Shown: piece by piece, positions 7,925 to 15,445 of the stretch
How positions within the stretch are numbered: position 1 is the first letter of the stretch
Layout: each line of letters begins with the position of its first letter
Virus record (IMG/VR): IMGVR_UViG_3300020438_000007
Span: 166,740 to 230,739 of that record
Reading direction: 5' to 3' (one strand)
DNA: 64,000 bases
Translations under genes and position numbers: made by a program
Notes under the pieces: model-generated
The model's database searches: none
What the model was told of the DNA's origin: nothing
The model's input: only the letters and a program-made list of their open reading frames with translations

Positions 7925-9157
7925 CTACCTTGTCGCTCTTGATACCTGTGACTCTCCTCTAGTAAAGATAGTGTCAACAACTGATTGAAGGCGACGTTCT
8001 GTACCAATACCCACATTGCTGTAAACTGGTACAAACATCTTGCCAAATGGTTTTACATAACCATTTCCATTGATGTTAGGTTTGAGAGCACCTGTACTAA
8101 TCTTAAGTGCATCTTCCTTATGTAGTCGAATGACTCGACCAATAGTCTGTGCCATGGTGATTAGATCAAGATTCCTCAATAGAATACAAGCAGTCAATCC
8201 GCTCACATTCATACCCTCTGAGAGAATAGAATGATGAAACATGACAAACTTCTTGTCAGGGTCAGCACCCCACTTGTTCATCAAATTGAAGAATGTCTTG
8301 CGAGTGACCTTCTTACCATTGATGATAGCACCATACTTTGATGTAATCCACATTACATTGTATTTCATAGAGTGACATACTGCCATGAAATCAGTTTGAG
8401 TAATCAACTTGTGAATGTTCTTACTAGACTTAGCAGTGACCAATACTTTGTCCATGTGATCTTCATTTTCAAGAGCATCAAGAATCATACACCTGTCAAT
8501 CTGCTCGACTGATTCATAGAACCCGATAGGATACTTGACTGACTTGACTTGAGGCGGTACAATGTAACCCTTTTCAATCAACTCTGGAGCAGCGACTTCT
8601 GCAATAACATTACCATACACCTTGACATTGTTCATACCTCTCTCTTGTGATGTATGATGTTTAGGTGTGGCAGTGAAGTAAAACTTACGTCTGGTAATCT
8701 TAGAGCGATTCTTGACACTCTCAAAGAAGTTCCTTTGAACTGAATTGTGTGCCTCATCATAATATACTGTGTCTGCTTCAACATCTTCTCTGACTTTGTG
8801 AAGTGAGTGATATGTTGTAAAGATCAACTGGTTCCTTGTACTGTTATGATGCCACTCTTGAATCTCTTCTGGGTTAGTAGTAGTCTTATAGTTAGTCTCT
8901 CCACTATGAACATGAAGCACCTCGACATTATCAATGTGCTCTAAGAACTCCTCACACAACTGTTGTGCAAGTAAGATTCTAGGAGCAACAACAATAATAG
9001 TCTGCGGAATAGGCATACTGAATCGCCACTTAGCGTCCATAATCATACATATTGTTTTACCGCCACCTGTGGGTACAAGAACCTGCCCCCACTTGTGTTG
9101 CATGGTATCAATTATGTCTGTTTGATGGTCACGAAGTTGCATAGTCAGTTGTCTCAA
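7925..9157 (-). CDS. superfamily 2 DEAD/DEAH-box helicase (ResIII-like)
   Basis: PTGGGKT, YYDEAH, TATP, SEGMNV, QTIGRVIR. Confidence 0.9.
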   Translation of the reverse strand: MRQLTMQLRDHQTDIIDTMQHKWGQVLVPTGGGKTICMIMDAKWRFSMPIPQTIIVVAPRILLAQQLCEEFLEHIDNVEVLHVHSGETNYKTTTNPEEIQEWHHNSTRNQLIFTTYHSLHKVREDVEADTVYYDEAHNSVQRNFFESVKNRSKITRRKFYFTATPKHHTSQERGMNNVKVYGNVIAEVAAPELIEKGYIVPPQVKSVKYPIGFYESVEQIDRCMILDALENEDHMDKVLVTAKSSKNIHKLITQTDFMAVCHSMKYNVMWITSKYGAIINGKKVTRKTFFNLMNKWGADPDKKFVMFHHSILSEGMNVSGLTACILLRNLDLITMAQTIGRVIRLHKEDALKISTGALKPNINGNGYVKPFGKMFVPVYSNVGIGTERRLQSVVDTIFTRGESQVSRATR

Positions 9158-9164
9158 TACTCAT

Positions 9165-9222
9165 ATTATAGGATAAAAAAAGACCCCTGCATGGGGTCTT
9201 GTGACAGTTTCAGAACTGTGCC
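9165..9222 (-). promoter_or_regulatory. early promoter module 11 with embedded terminator
   Basis: TATAAT 9165-9170; GTGACA-GTTTCAGAAC-TGTGCC 9201-9222. Confidence 0.7.
9174..9200 (-). terminator. intrinsic terminator AAGACCCC-ATGCA-GGGGTCTTTTTTT
   Basis: GC stem followed by a U-run, downstream of ORF 9210..9395. Confidence 0.8.
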
Positions 9223-9395
9223 AATAGTTTTTGAGTCTCAGGATCGAACTCCTCTTTGACTCCATTGATGTCCATCAACCAATCATCTGCCTCAAGTCGT
9301 TCAAACTCTTCGGTTCCAAGTGTCCATTCGGGATCGCCCGAGAACATTTGGGCATTTTCTTCAAACTCTTGTGGGGTCATTGTCTTAATAATCAA
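9210..9395 (-). CDS. hypothetical acidic protein
   Basis: 61-aa ORF (TTG start call; ATG at 9380 also possible). Confidence 0.6.
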   Translation of the reverse strand: MIIKTMTPQEFEENAQMFSGDPEWTLGTEEFERLEADDWLMDINGVKEEFDPETQKLLAQF

Positions 9396-9425
9396 AATTT
9401 ACAAAAAATAATAAACACATCAAAC

Positions 9426-9659
9426 TCAGCAACTTGCAGGCGAGTATTGTTGTGGTTCAGTCAGGAAATCTGTCACCTGATAACCAAGATCGAGACGTGA
9501 ATTGATTGTCTCAGTCATTTCTCTCTTGCTCATCAGTCGCATTGACATAGCATTAACTTCGCCTTGATTGTTCTTCAGTTTGAGAGTATAAACGAATTTC
9601 TCAGTCAAAATGTTGTGAGGGCGGAACTCTACTGACATTGAACCTGATGTGAGTTGCAT
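9426..9659 (-). CDS. hypothetical early protein
   Basis: 77-aa ORF after promoter module 12. Confidence 0.7.
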   Translation of the reverse strand: MQLTSGSMSVEFRPHNILTEKFVYTLKLKNNQGEVNAMSMRLMSKREMTETINSRLDLGYQVTDFLTEPQQYSPASC

Positions 9660-9683
9660 GGGGTCTCTTGTGTTTACTCTCTT

Positions 9684-9741
9684 ATTATAATGGGATCAGA
9701 GTCCCCTGCAACCACCTGTGTGCCAGTTATCCAACTGGTGG
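9684..9741 (-). promoter_or_regulatory. early promoter module 12
   Basis: TATAAT 9684-9689; GTGCCA-GTTATCCAAC-TGGTGG 9720-9741. Confidence 0.75.
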
Positions 9742-10026
9742 TGTGCCTGGTGCCTGAGCAGGCATTGATTCCATATCAAACTTACTAGATGCCTTCTCTA
9801 GTTCTACCTTACCCTTGAGGGCATTGACCTCTGCAATAAGAGTCTTAATATCATCTTGTTGTTTATACAAGGCAGCATTAACCAATGACTCCAATGTAGT
9901 CAATCTCTCATCAAGATTACCAATGGTTCGCATTGATGCTTGTAATTGTTTCTTTAGTCTATCTACTTGTTGCAACTTAGTTTTAGTAAGTGCTTCTGTG
10001 TCTGATGTTAGTGAATCGTATCCCAT
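9727..10026 (-). CDS. coiled-coil hypothetical protein
   Basis: 99-aa heptad-rich ORF; late-type CTAAATA at 10047-10053. Confidence 0.7.
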   Translation of the reverse strand: MGYDSLTSDTEALTKTKLQQVDRLKKQLQASMRTIGNLDERLTTLESLVNAALYKQQDDIKTLIAEVNALKGKVELEKASSKFDMESMPAQAPGTPPVG

Positions 10027-10066
10027 AATTTATGTTACTCTTTGATTATTTAGATAGGTGTGCGTA

Positions 10067-10492
10067 TTACCTGATGTACAGATAACCACCTGCCCAGTCA
10101 CAGTTTGATAGCATCCACTGACGTTGATTGATGTCTCTCATATCAAATCTAACGTGTTTAGCAGGTGCTTTCCATGAAGCAGGTTTGTAAACCTCTCCTG
10201 TCATTTTGTCAACAAAAGCATGAACCCCTGCACTATCATATTTGCCTTGGTGGTAGTCATTCTGAATGATCTTATGATACCTTTTGCCTGATGTTATAGT
10301 AAACCTCATGCACTCTTCATCATTCTCAATTTTGTTAATCCTATCCTGTAGGTATGGATTATTTTCCTCTGAATTATTCTTGATGCAAGAGCGAACTGCG
10401 TAGTTCTTATACTGTTGTTCGAGAGCACGGCAAAGTGTCTCTGTCCATTGAAGTACTTCTACTTTTGTGAGTGATTGTTCTAGTGTTGACAT
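10067..10492 (-). CDS. conserved cyanophage hypothetical protein (VHAFVDKxTGEVYKPASWKAPAK)
   Basis: 141-aa ORF with a motif recognised from T4-like cyanophages. Confidence 0.85.
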   Translation of the reverse strand: MSTLEQSLTKVEVLQWTETLCRALEQQYKNYAVRSCIKNNSEENNPYLQDRINKIENDEECMRFTITSGKRYHKIIQNDYHQGKYDSAGVHAFVDKMTGEVYKPASWKAPAKHVRFDMRDINQRQWMLSNCDWAGGYLYIR

Positions 10493-10518
10493 AATCTTTG
10501 TTTGTATTGTTGTTTGTT

Positions 10519-10566
10519 AAAGAGAAAAGGGGGGAAAGGTAACAAACACAAAACCTTTCCCTCCAC
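10519..10566 (-). ncRNA. candidate hairpin sRNA / attenuator (GGAGGGAAAGGU-UUUGUGUUUGUU-ACCUUUCCCCCC-UUUUCUCUUU)
   Basis: 11 of 12 bp stem, 12-nt loop and U-run, immediately after promoter module 13. Confidence 0.5.
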
Positions 10567-10572
10567 ATTCAT

Positions 10573-10630
10573 ATATTACTGCTTTATGGTGGTAATACAA
10601 CCACCTATGTGCCACTACTTCAACTGTCCA
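10573..10630 (-). promoter_or_regulatory. early promoter module 13
   Basis: Degenerate -10 TAATAT 10573-10578; GTGCCA-CTACTTCAAC-TGTCCA 10609-10630. Confidence 0.65.
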
Positions 10631-10821
10631 CTCTTACCAAGTCTGTGTAGATAGTAACCTATGAGAGCACCAATACCCATCTTAAACAAGGCACTGAAAG
10701 AATTGTCAATTCGATTCAAATTAATATCTGTGCCTGTACCATACTCACTATTCCTCAAATGATAGTGAACAGTTTTGGGTCTGGTTTTCATGGCAATAAT
10801 ATAGTTGGGTGCGAGAAACAA
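10615..10821 (-). CDS. small protein with C-terminal hydrophobic segment
   Basis: ORF track; probable start MKTRPK. Confidence 0.55.
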   Translation of the reverse strand: MFLAPNYIIAMKTRPKTVHYHLRNSEYGTGTDINLNRIDNSFSALFKMGIGALIGYYLHRLGKSGQLK

Positions 10822-10918
10822 AAACGTGGACTTAAACTCATTGACTTCTTTTTACGTTTAGGACTTGCACCTAACCCAATGGATGCCAGTTTTGTTTCCC
10901 ATTATCATTATAGGTCAT

Positions 10919-11644
10919 CTACCTGTCCTTGTCAAGTTCTTGGTTCTCATTGTACTGAGGGTTGCACTCTTCTGTAAATGCTTTCCTTCTCTCTTGTGGT
11001 GTTAGTTGTACCACTCGCCAACCGTAGTCTCCATTAGTGACAATGGTGGGCATCATGTTCATTGATAATGTGACTCTGTTGTCTCCATTATTATGTTGAT
11101 AACCATGTATGACTTGAGCAGGGAAAATCATCAGTTCGCCCTCTTTCACCTGTACTTGATTATCCTGATTGTGGTCTGTAAACTTCTTCCGCATCAATGT
11201 TAGACTAGGCATTACAGGATAGTATAAATTTTCTTCTCTTGTGAAGTGTGTATTTACATGATCTTTTGTAACATCAAAGTTCACATAATATATGCAACTT
11301 AGGTAAGAATTGCTATGAAAGTGTGGATGTTGGTATCCACCCTTGTCGCTTATGTTATACCAACTATCTGTAACTGCTACTGTCTCCTGTATATAATGAC
11401 CTAGAACTTCCTTTGCATAATATTCTCCTTGTTGTTCACACCAATTTTTAAATCTACCATACTTCATATCCTCATGGAGCACAGAGTAATGTCCAAGGTG
11501 CTTTAACGCCTTTGAGTTTGCATTGTAAGATAACTGATTGCTTTTCTGTTCTTCAATGTCATCTAACATATTTTGCTTTACCTTATCATGGAATGGGCAC
11601 TCCACGATAAGAACTGGCGTTGGCAGAATGTTTACTACTTCCAT
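10919..11644 (-). CDS. putative 2OG-Fe(II) oxygenase, TIGR02466-like
   Basis: DSWYN...QHPHFHSNS.LSCIYY...FPAQVIHG...RVTLSMN. Confidence 0.85.
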   Translation of the reverse strand: MEVVNILPTPVLIVECPFHDKVKQNMLDDIEEQKSNQLSYNANSKALKHLGHYSVLHEDMKYGRFKNWCEQQGEYYAKEVLGHYIQETVAVTDSWYNISDKGGYQHPHFHSNSYLSCIYYVNFDVTKDHVNTHFTREENLYYPVMPSLTLMRKKFTDHNQDNQVQVKEGELMIFPAQVIHGYQHNNGDNRVTLSMNMMPTIVTNGDYGWRVVQLTPQERRKAFTEECNPQYNENQELDKDR

Positions 11645-11645
11645 G

Positions 11646-12350
11646 TTATAAATTAGGATAATCCCATAGTTCGCCTGACCTTTGGTTAGTCATGGCATTG
11701 TGTCTCTCTTGTTTGGTCAGAGGTTCAATTCTCACCTCATTCACATATCTAGGCATCAAATTACTTGATACTGTAATTCTATTGTTACTGTAATTAGTTG
11801 CATAACCATGGCAAGTATTAGCAGGCCACAGTAACAACGAACCCTCTAATCCTACCACTTCATTAACATAATTATACTTTGTTTTCTCGTAATTTGTCAA
11901 CATATATGCAAAGTAGTCAGGATTTTTCTGACTATTGTTTGGTCTGTAAAAATATGTTGGAGCGTGGACTTCATCATCAAAGTTGATATAATATAAGGCA
12001 CATATAACGGCATTTATATGAAAATGCGGACTCTGACGACCACCTTCATCACACACATTTAACCAACTATCTGTCAATACAAAATCAGATGTATCATAGT
12101 TAAGTATATCTTTTGCGTATATTTCTGCCTGTAGTTCTATCCACTCCCTAAACTCCTTGTACTTATCTTGAGATAGAGGCGAGTAGTAATCAAGGTGTTC
12201 TAATCTTTTTGCGGGTGCGTCAACCTTTTTATGTTCATAGTCATTACCATGACTATTGATCTCATCAGTAATTAATGACTTTAGTTTCTCATGCTCAGGG
12301 TATAATACTGCTCCTAACTGTAAAGGTAGTATATCAACCACTCTCATCAA
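11646..12350 (-). CDS. putative 2OG-Fe(II) oxygenase, TIGR02466-like
   Basis: DSWLN...QSPHFHINA...WPANTCHG...RITVSSN; tandem paralog of the preceding gene. Confidence 0.85.
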   Translation of the reverse strand: MMRVVDILPLQLGAVLYPEHEKLKSLITDEINSHGNDYEHKKVDAPAKRLEHLDYYSPLSQDKYKEFREWIELQAEIYAKDILNYDTSDFVLTDSWLNVCDEGGRQSPHFHINAVICALYYINFDDEVHAPTYFYRPNNSQKNPDYFAYMLTNYEKTKYNYVNEVVGLEGSLLLWPANTCHGYATNYSNNRITVSSNLMPRYVNEVRIEPLTKQERHNAMTNQRSGELWDYPNL

Positions 12351-12982
12351 CTTTCACCTACACTATTTGGGTGGTTTTCTCCCCAAACTTCCTTTAAAAA
12401 TGATTCAGGCAACATATCTCTAGGAGCAGGCGAAGTGTTGAAACTTACAGTAATTCGTTCCTGATCTGTATTATTAACTCTGCTTCCATGTTCTAACCAA
12501 GAAGGAAATAGGTATAGATGATTTTCTTTAATTGGTATATCCATTTCATATACACCATAACGTGTAGGTTGTATGTTATGAATACACATCATATATGGTT
12601 TGAGTGGCGATACCACGAAAAACTGTCCAAAATCTCCCTCTGGTAACTCAAGATAGAAAGCACCACTTACAACACTAGACTCATGGCGATGTTTATCTGT
12701 GTATCCACCTTTGGGCAGCATATTATACCATGCTCCACTAATAATTGCAGGGTAGTTTCCTATTTTAGCATTATAATCATTCAAACACTCATGAAAAACA
12801 TTTAATATATCATAACAACCCTCATCTTGTAACGGATCCCAACCACCATGAGAACTGACACCATTCACTGCTAAAGAATGTCCATGTGTTTTACCTTGTT
12901 CTTTTATATGTTTTTTAAAATAATCTAAACCAGGCGCCTCTGTTAGATCATATTCTTCCAATAGTGTGGGAAATAAATCCAT
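12347..12982 (-). CDS. putative 2OG-Fe(II) oxygenase, TIGR02466-like
   Basis: AWYN...KHRHESSVVSGAFY...FPSWLEHGS...RITVSFN. Confidence 0.85.
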   Translation of the reverse strand: MDLFPTLLEEYDLTEAPGLDYFKKHIKEQGKTHGHSLAVNGVSSHGGWDPLQDEGCYDILNVFHECLNDYNAKIGNYPAIISGAWYNMLPKGGYTDKHRHESSVVSGAFYLELPEGDFGQFFVVSPLKPYMMCIHNIQPTRYGVYEMDIPIKENHLYLFPSWLEHGSRVNNTDQERITVSFNTSPAPRDMLPESFLKEVWGENHPNSVGES

Positions 12983-12983
12983 A

Positions 12984-13508
12984 TCAATTCCATTTACAAT
13001 AGTCTATGTTGAGAACAACTCTCAGGTCAGCATCAGTACATGACGTACCTGCGTGAAGCAAATCACCTGAGAATATAACTGCCCTATTCTCTTTTGATAC
13101 CACTTTCTGTCCGTCCTCAAAGTATGTATATCCATCATTGTCATTGAAGTATATCACACAAATATGATAGTCTGGTATGTCAGTAAAGTTGCCTTGACTA
13201 TCTTGGGGACCTGATACATCAACGTGTAATGGTTTCTCTTTTATGTTTGTCGTTCTAGGTGTGGCATTGAACTTAATCCTATGCAATGCAAATGGATTAA
13301 TTGTAGCAAATATTGGTTTAATTATACCATAAAGATCTGATATTGGTTCAGAGTCTATGTAACAGGCATGAGTAAATTGTGGGCAACCATCGCCTTCCAT
13401 CACAGAGGTAGGAGAATAGTACCAAGGCATAACCCCACCAAAGATATACTCTTTGATAGGGTTAAAAACCTCAGTAGGTAGGAAGTTATCGTAAACTTCT
13501 ATGCTCAT
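12984..13508 (-). CDS. short 2OG-Fe(II) oxygenase (HxD...H)
   Basis: LHVD...NDNDGYTYF...ENRAVIFSG.LLHAG...RVVLNID. Confidence 0.85.
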   Translation of the reverse strand: MSIEVYDNFLPTEVFNPIKEYIFGGVMPWYYSPTSVMEGDGCPQFTHACYIDSEPISDLYGIIKPIFATINPFALHRIKFNATPRTTNIKEKPLHVDVSGPQDSQGNFTDIPDYHICVIYFNDNDGYTYFEDGQKVVSKENRAVIFSGDLLHAGTSCTDADLRVVLNIDYCKWN

Positions 13509-15022
13509 ACACTATCGCTTTTTGCAAGGTTCTGATCTTTGAATACTACTTGAATGTTCTCCATTGTAGTTTTGCCTCCTAGTGAGTGTGGAGTGATATG
13601 ATCTAGACTTGTGATATCTGGGTCTTTTGCTTCCTCACGACTAATGGGGCGACCAGATAGAGGACAAACTCTGTTCTGTCCTTCCCATAGAGGGATTCTC
13701 CAACGTGGATCTGCAAGTCTTACTTCATCTTTGACTACTGCAATACCTGCTTCAACTAACATAGGAATTAAATCCTCACGAATGTGCTCAACTCTGTGCT
13801 TTGCCTTGTACCAAGTGTTTGCACCATAGAGATCATAGAACTTAACCCATGTCTCACGATCTTGACCTGTATTGTACTTAGGTGTTTTGTCCTGACACTT
13901 CTCGTCATACCACGCCATGTAGACATCAAATAGTCTCTTGTAGTTACTCTTAGCAACTGAACCATTGAGTCTCTCAATCTCAACAAACAACCAATAGAAA
14001 TCATGTAAGATGTTTCTACCACCAGTTGCAGCAAGGTTCTTCCTCTTTTGAACAGTTTCCCTCATGAAAGGAAGGAAAATGTTATTAAGGAACTTGACAA
14101 AATTATCATAGTTCTTTGTTACCTTTGTGTTATTGGTACTTCCAACAACGTAGTCAGCATCAAGAGTAGATGTTGCATAAGGGTCAATCTGACCATACCA
14201 TGTATAGTAGTTAGACCATGCTGCGAGGTAGGCACAGAATTTGTATCTGATAGAATTAGACTTTGTGATGAAGTCTGCAGCAAGGAACTCTTCCTTGAGT
14301 ACGTCATTCAAGTCACGAATAGCACGACAATAGATCGAAGTATTGCAGTTACGGAACTCCTCAGTAGTCAAGTCCTCATTGTTGTTCAATTTGATGAACA
14401 AATCTTTCCTCTCTTCAGAGGTTAGAGAAGGATACTCAAACCAGTTGAACAAAGCAGAATCAACTGCCTCTACAAGTTTAGCATAGTCTTGACCCAAGTT
14501 CAAGAGAACTGACTTTGTGTAGTAGTCATCTTGATCTAAGATAACTGTGGTGTTCTTATAATCTCCAATGATGCCGTCCCACTCTCTAACTGTATAGTTA
14601 CCAGACTCCAGAGGAACTAGATCATTGTCCCAATCTTCAATGGCATCACATCTGTTACCACCATCAATGTGTAGATACTTATAACCTTGTTCTTGGAAAA
14701 AGATAAGTCTCTCTCTATATTCAACATCTAAAGGATCATTGTACACAGCAATCCTTGCGTTCATGGCATAAATTGTCTTTGCAATATTTACCATATGAAA
14801 TGATGAAAGTTCAGCGTATCCTTGAATAACAGCACTAATATAAGATGACTGTTTGCCTGGAAGATGTCTCCACACTGACTCTCGTTGTACGTCACGATCA
14901 CGACCTGCTGCTTTCAGAATCTCCTTGAAAGCATGTCCAGTCACCTCATAAAAAGGTTCTTTCTCAAGGCACTTGTGTGACTTTAGATTCCTGATCGGAA
15001 TTTTCTTTGATGATTTAGGCAT
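13505..15022 (-). CDS. DUF262 (ParB-like) + C-terminal HNH protein, GmrSD/SspE-like architecture
   Basis: QRESVW and IDGGNR (DUF262 QR..W / DGQQR variants); CPLSG...SLDHITPHSLGGKTTMENIQ...N (HNH). Confidence 0.7.
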   Translation of the reverse strand: MPKSSKKIPIRNLKSHKCLEKEPFYEVTGHAFKEILKAAGRDRDVQRESVWRHLPGKQSSYISAVIQGYAELSSFHMVNIAKTIYAMNARIAVYNDPLDVEYRERLIFFQEQGYKYLHIDGGNRCDAIEDWDNDLVPLESGNYTVREWDGIIGDYKNTTVILDQDDYYTKSVLLNLGQDYAKLVEAVDSALFNWFEYPSLTSEERKDLFIKLNNNEDLTTEEFRNCNTSIYCRAIRDLNDVLKEEFLAADFITKSNSIRYKFCAYLAAWSNYYTWYGQIDPYATSTLDADYVVGSTNNTKVTKNYDNFVKFLNNIFLPFMRETVQKRKNLAATGGRNILHDFYWLFVEIERLNGSVAKSNYKRLFDVYMAWYDEKCQDKTPKYNTGQDRETWVKFYDLYGANTWYKAKHRVEHIREDLIPMLVEAGIAVVKDEVRLADPRWRIPLWEGQNRVCPLSGRPISREEAKDPDITSLDHITPHSLGGKTTMENIQVVFKDQNLAKSDSV

Positions 15023-15077
15023 AATAATGACCAATTGTGACAATCTGGTACTGCGTACCTCATGTCTTTACATATTC

Positions 15078-15106
15078 ACTATAACAGGTCCTCTTTGCCT
15101 TGTCAA
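15078..15106 (-). promoter_or_regulatory. sigma70-type promoter TTGACA-17-TATAGT
   Basis: Near-consensus hexamers upstream of the DUF262-HNH gene. Confidence 0.75.
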
Positions 15107-15109
15107 CCC

Positions 15110-15238
15110 CTAATCCACAAATATGTGAGAACACTTGGGACAACAGTGAACTTCCTTCTCCTTGTACATTTGTTTGTACTCTCTGGGGTTGGAACGTTTA
15201 AACATTAACTCATCAATCTTTTTTACTTGTTTTCTCAT
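15110..15238 (-). CDS. 42-aa protein with C-terminal CCPKC.H (possible Zn ribbon)
   Basis: Manually translated. Confidence 0.4.
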   Translation of the reverse strand: MRKQVKKIDELMFKRSNPREYKQMYKEKEVHCCPKCSHIFVD

Positions 15239-15377
15239 TTTCGATGATTTGCAACATTTCAAGAGCGCCTTGCACTTTCAAAAATTCTTCTTTCTTGAGT
15301 TCAAAAGTTTTACTCAATTCTTGGATTTCTGCTTGAAGGTCTGTCGCCCTCTTTGTCAAATCTTCTTTGTGACTCAT
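15213..15377 (-). CDS. 54-aa coiled-coil protein (MSHKEDLTKRATDLQAEIQ...)
   Basis: Manually translated, heptad pattern. Confidence 0.6.
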   Translation of the reverse strand: MSHKEDLTKRATDLQAEIQELSKTFELKKEEFLKVQGALEMLQIIENEKTSKKD

Positions 15378-15445
15378 AATAATCTTGCACTACATGATAT
15401 ATATCATACCATAATAAATAGATTTGGCAAGATCTACCTAACAAT

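Noticed and set aside
10480-10572. 30-aa ORF (MNVEGKVLCLLPFPP...) across the hairpin
   Set aside because: Its ATG lies upstream of the predicted TSS; composition is dictated by the hairpin and AAAC repeats.
205-10630. Regularly recurring repeats as a CRISPR array
   Set aside because: Spacing is irregular (0.3-2.7 kb), the intervening sequences are genes, and the repeats contain promoter elements; no cas operon (the Cas4-like exonuclease is a routine T4-like cyanophage gene).
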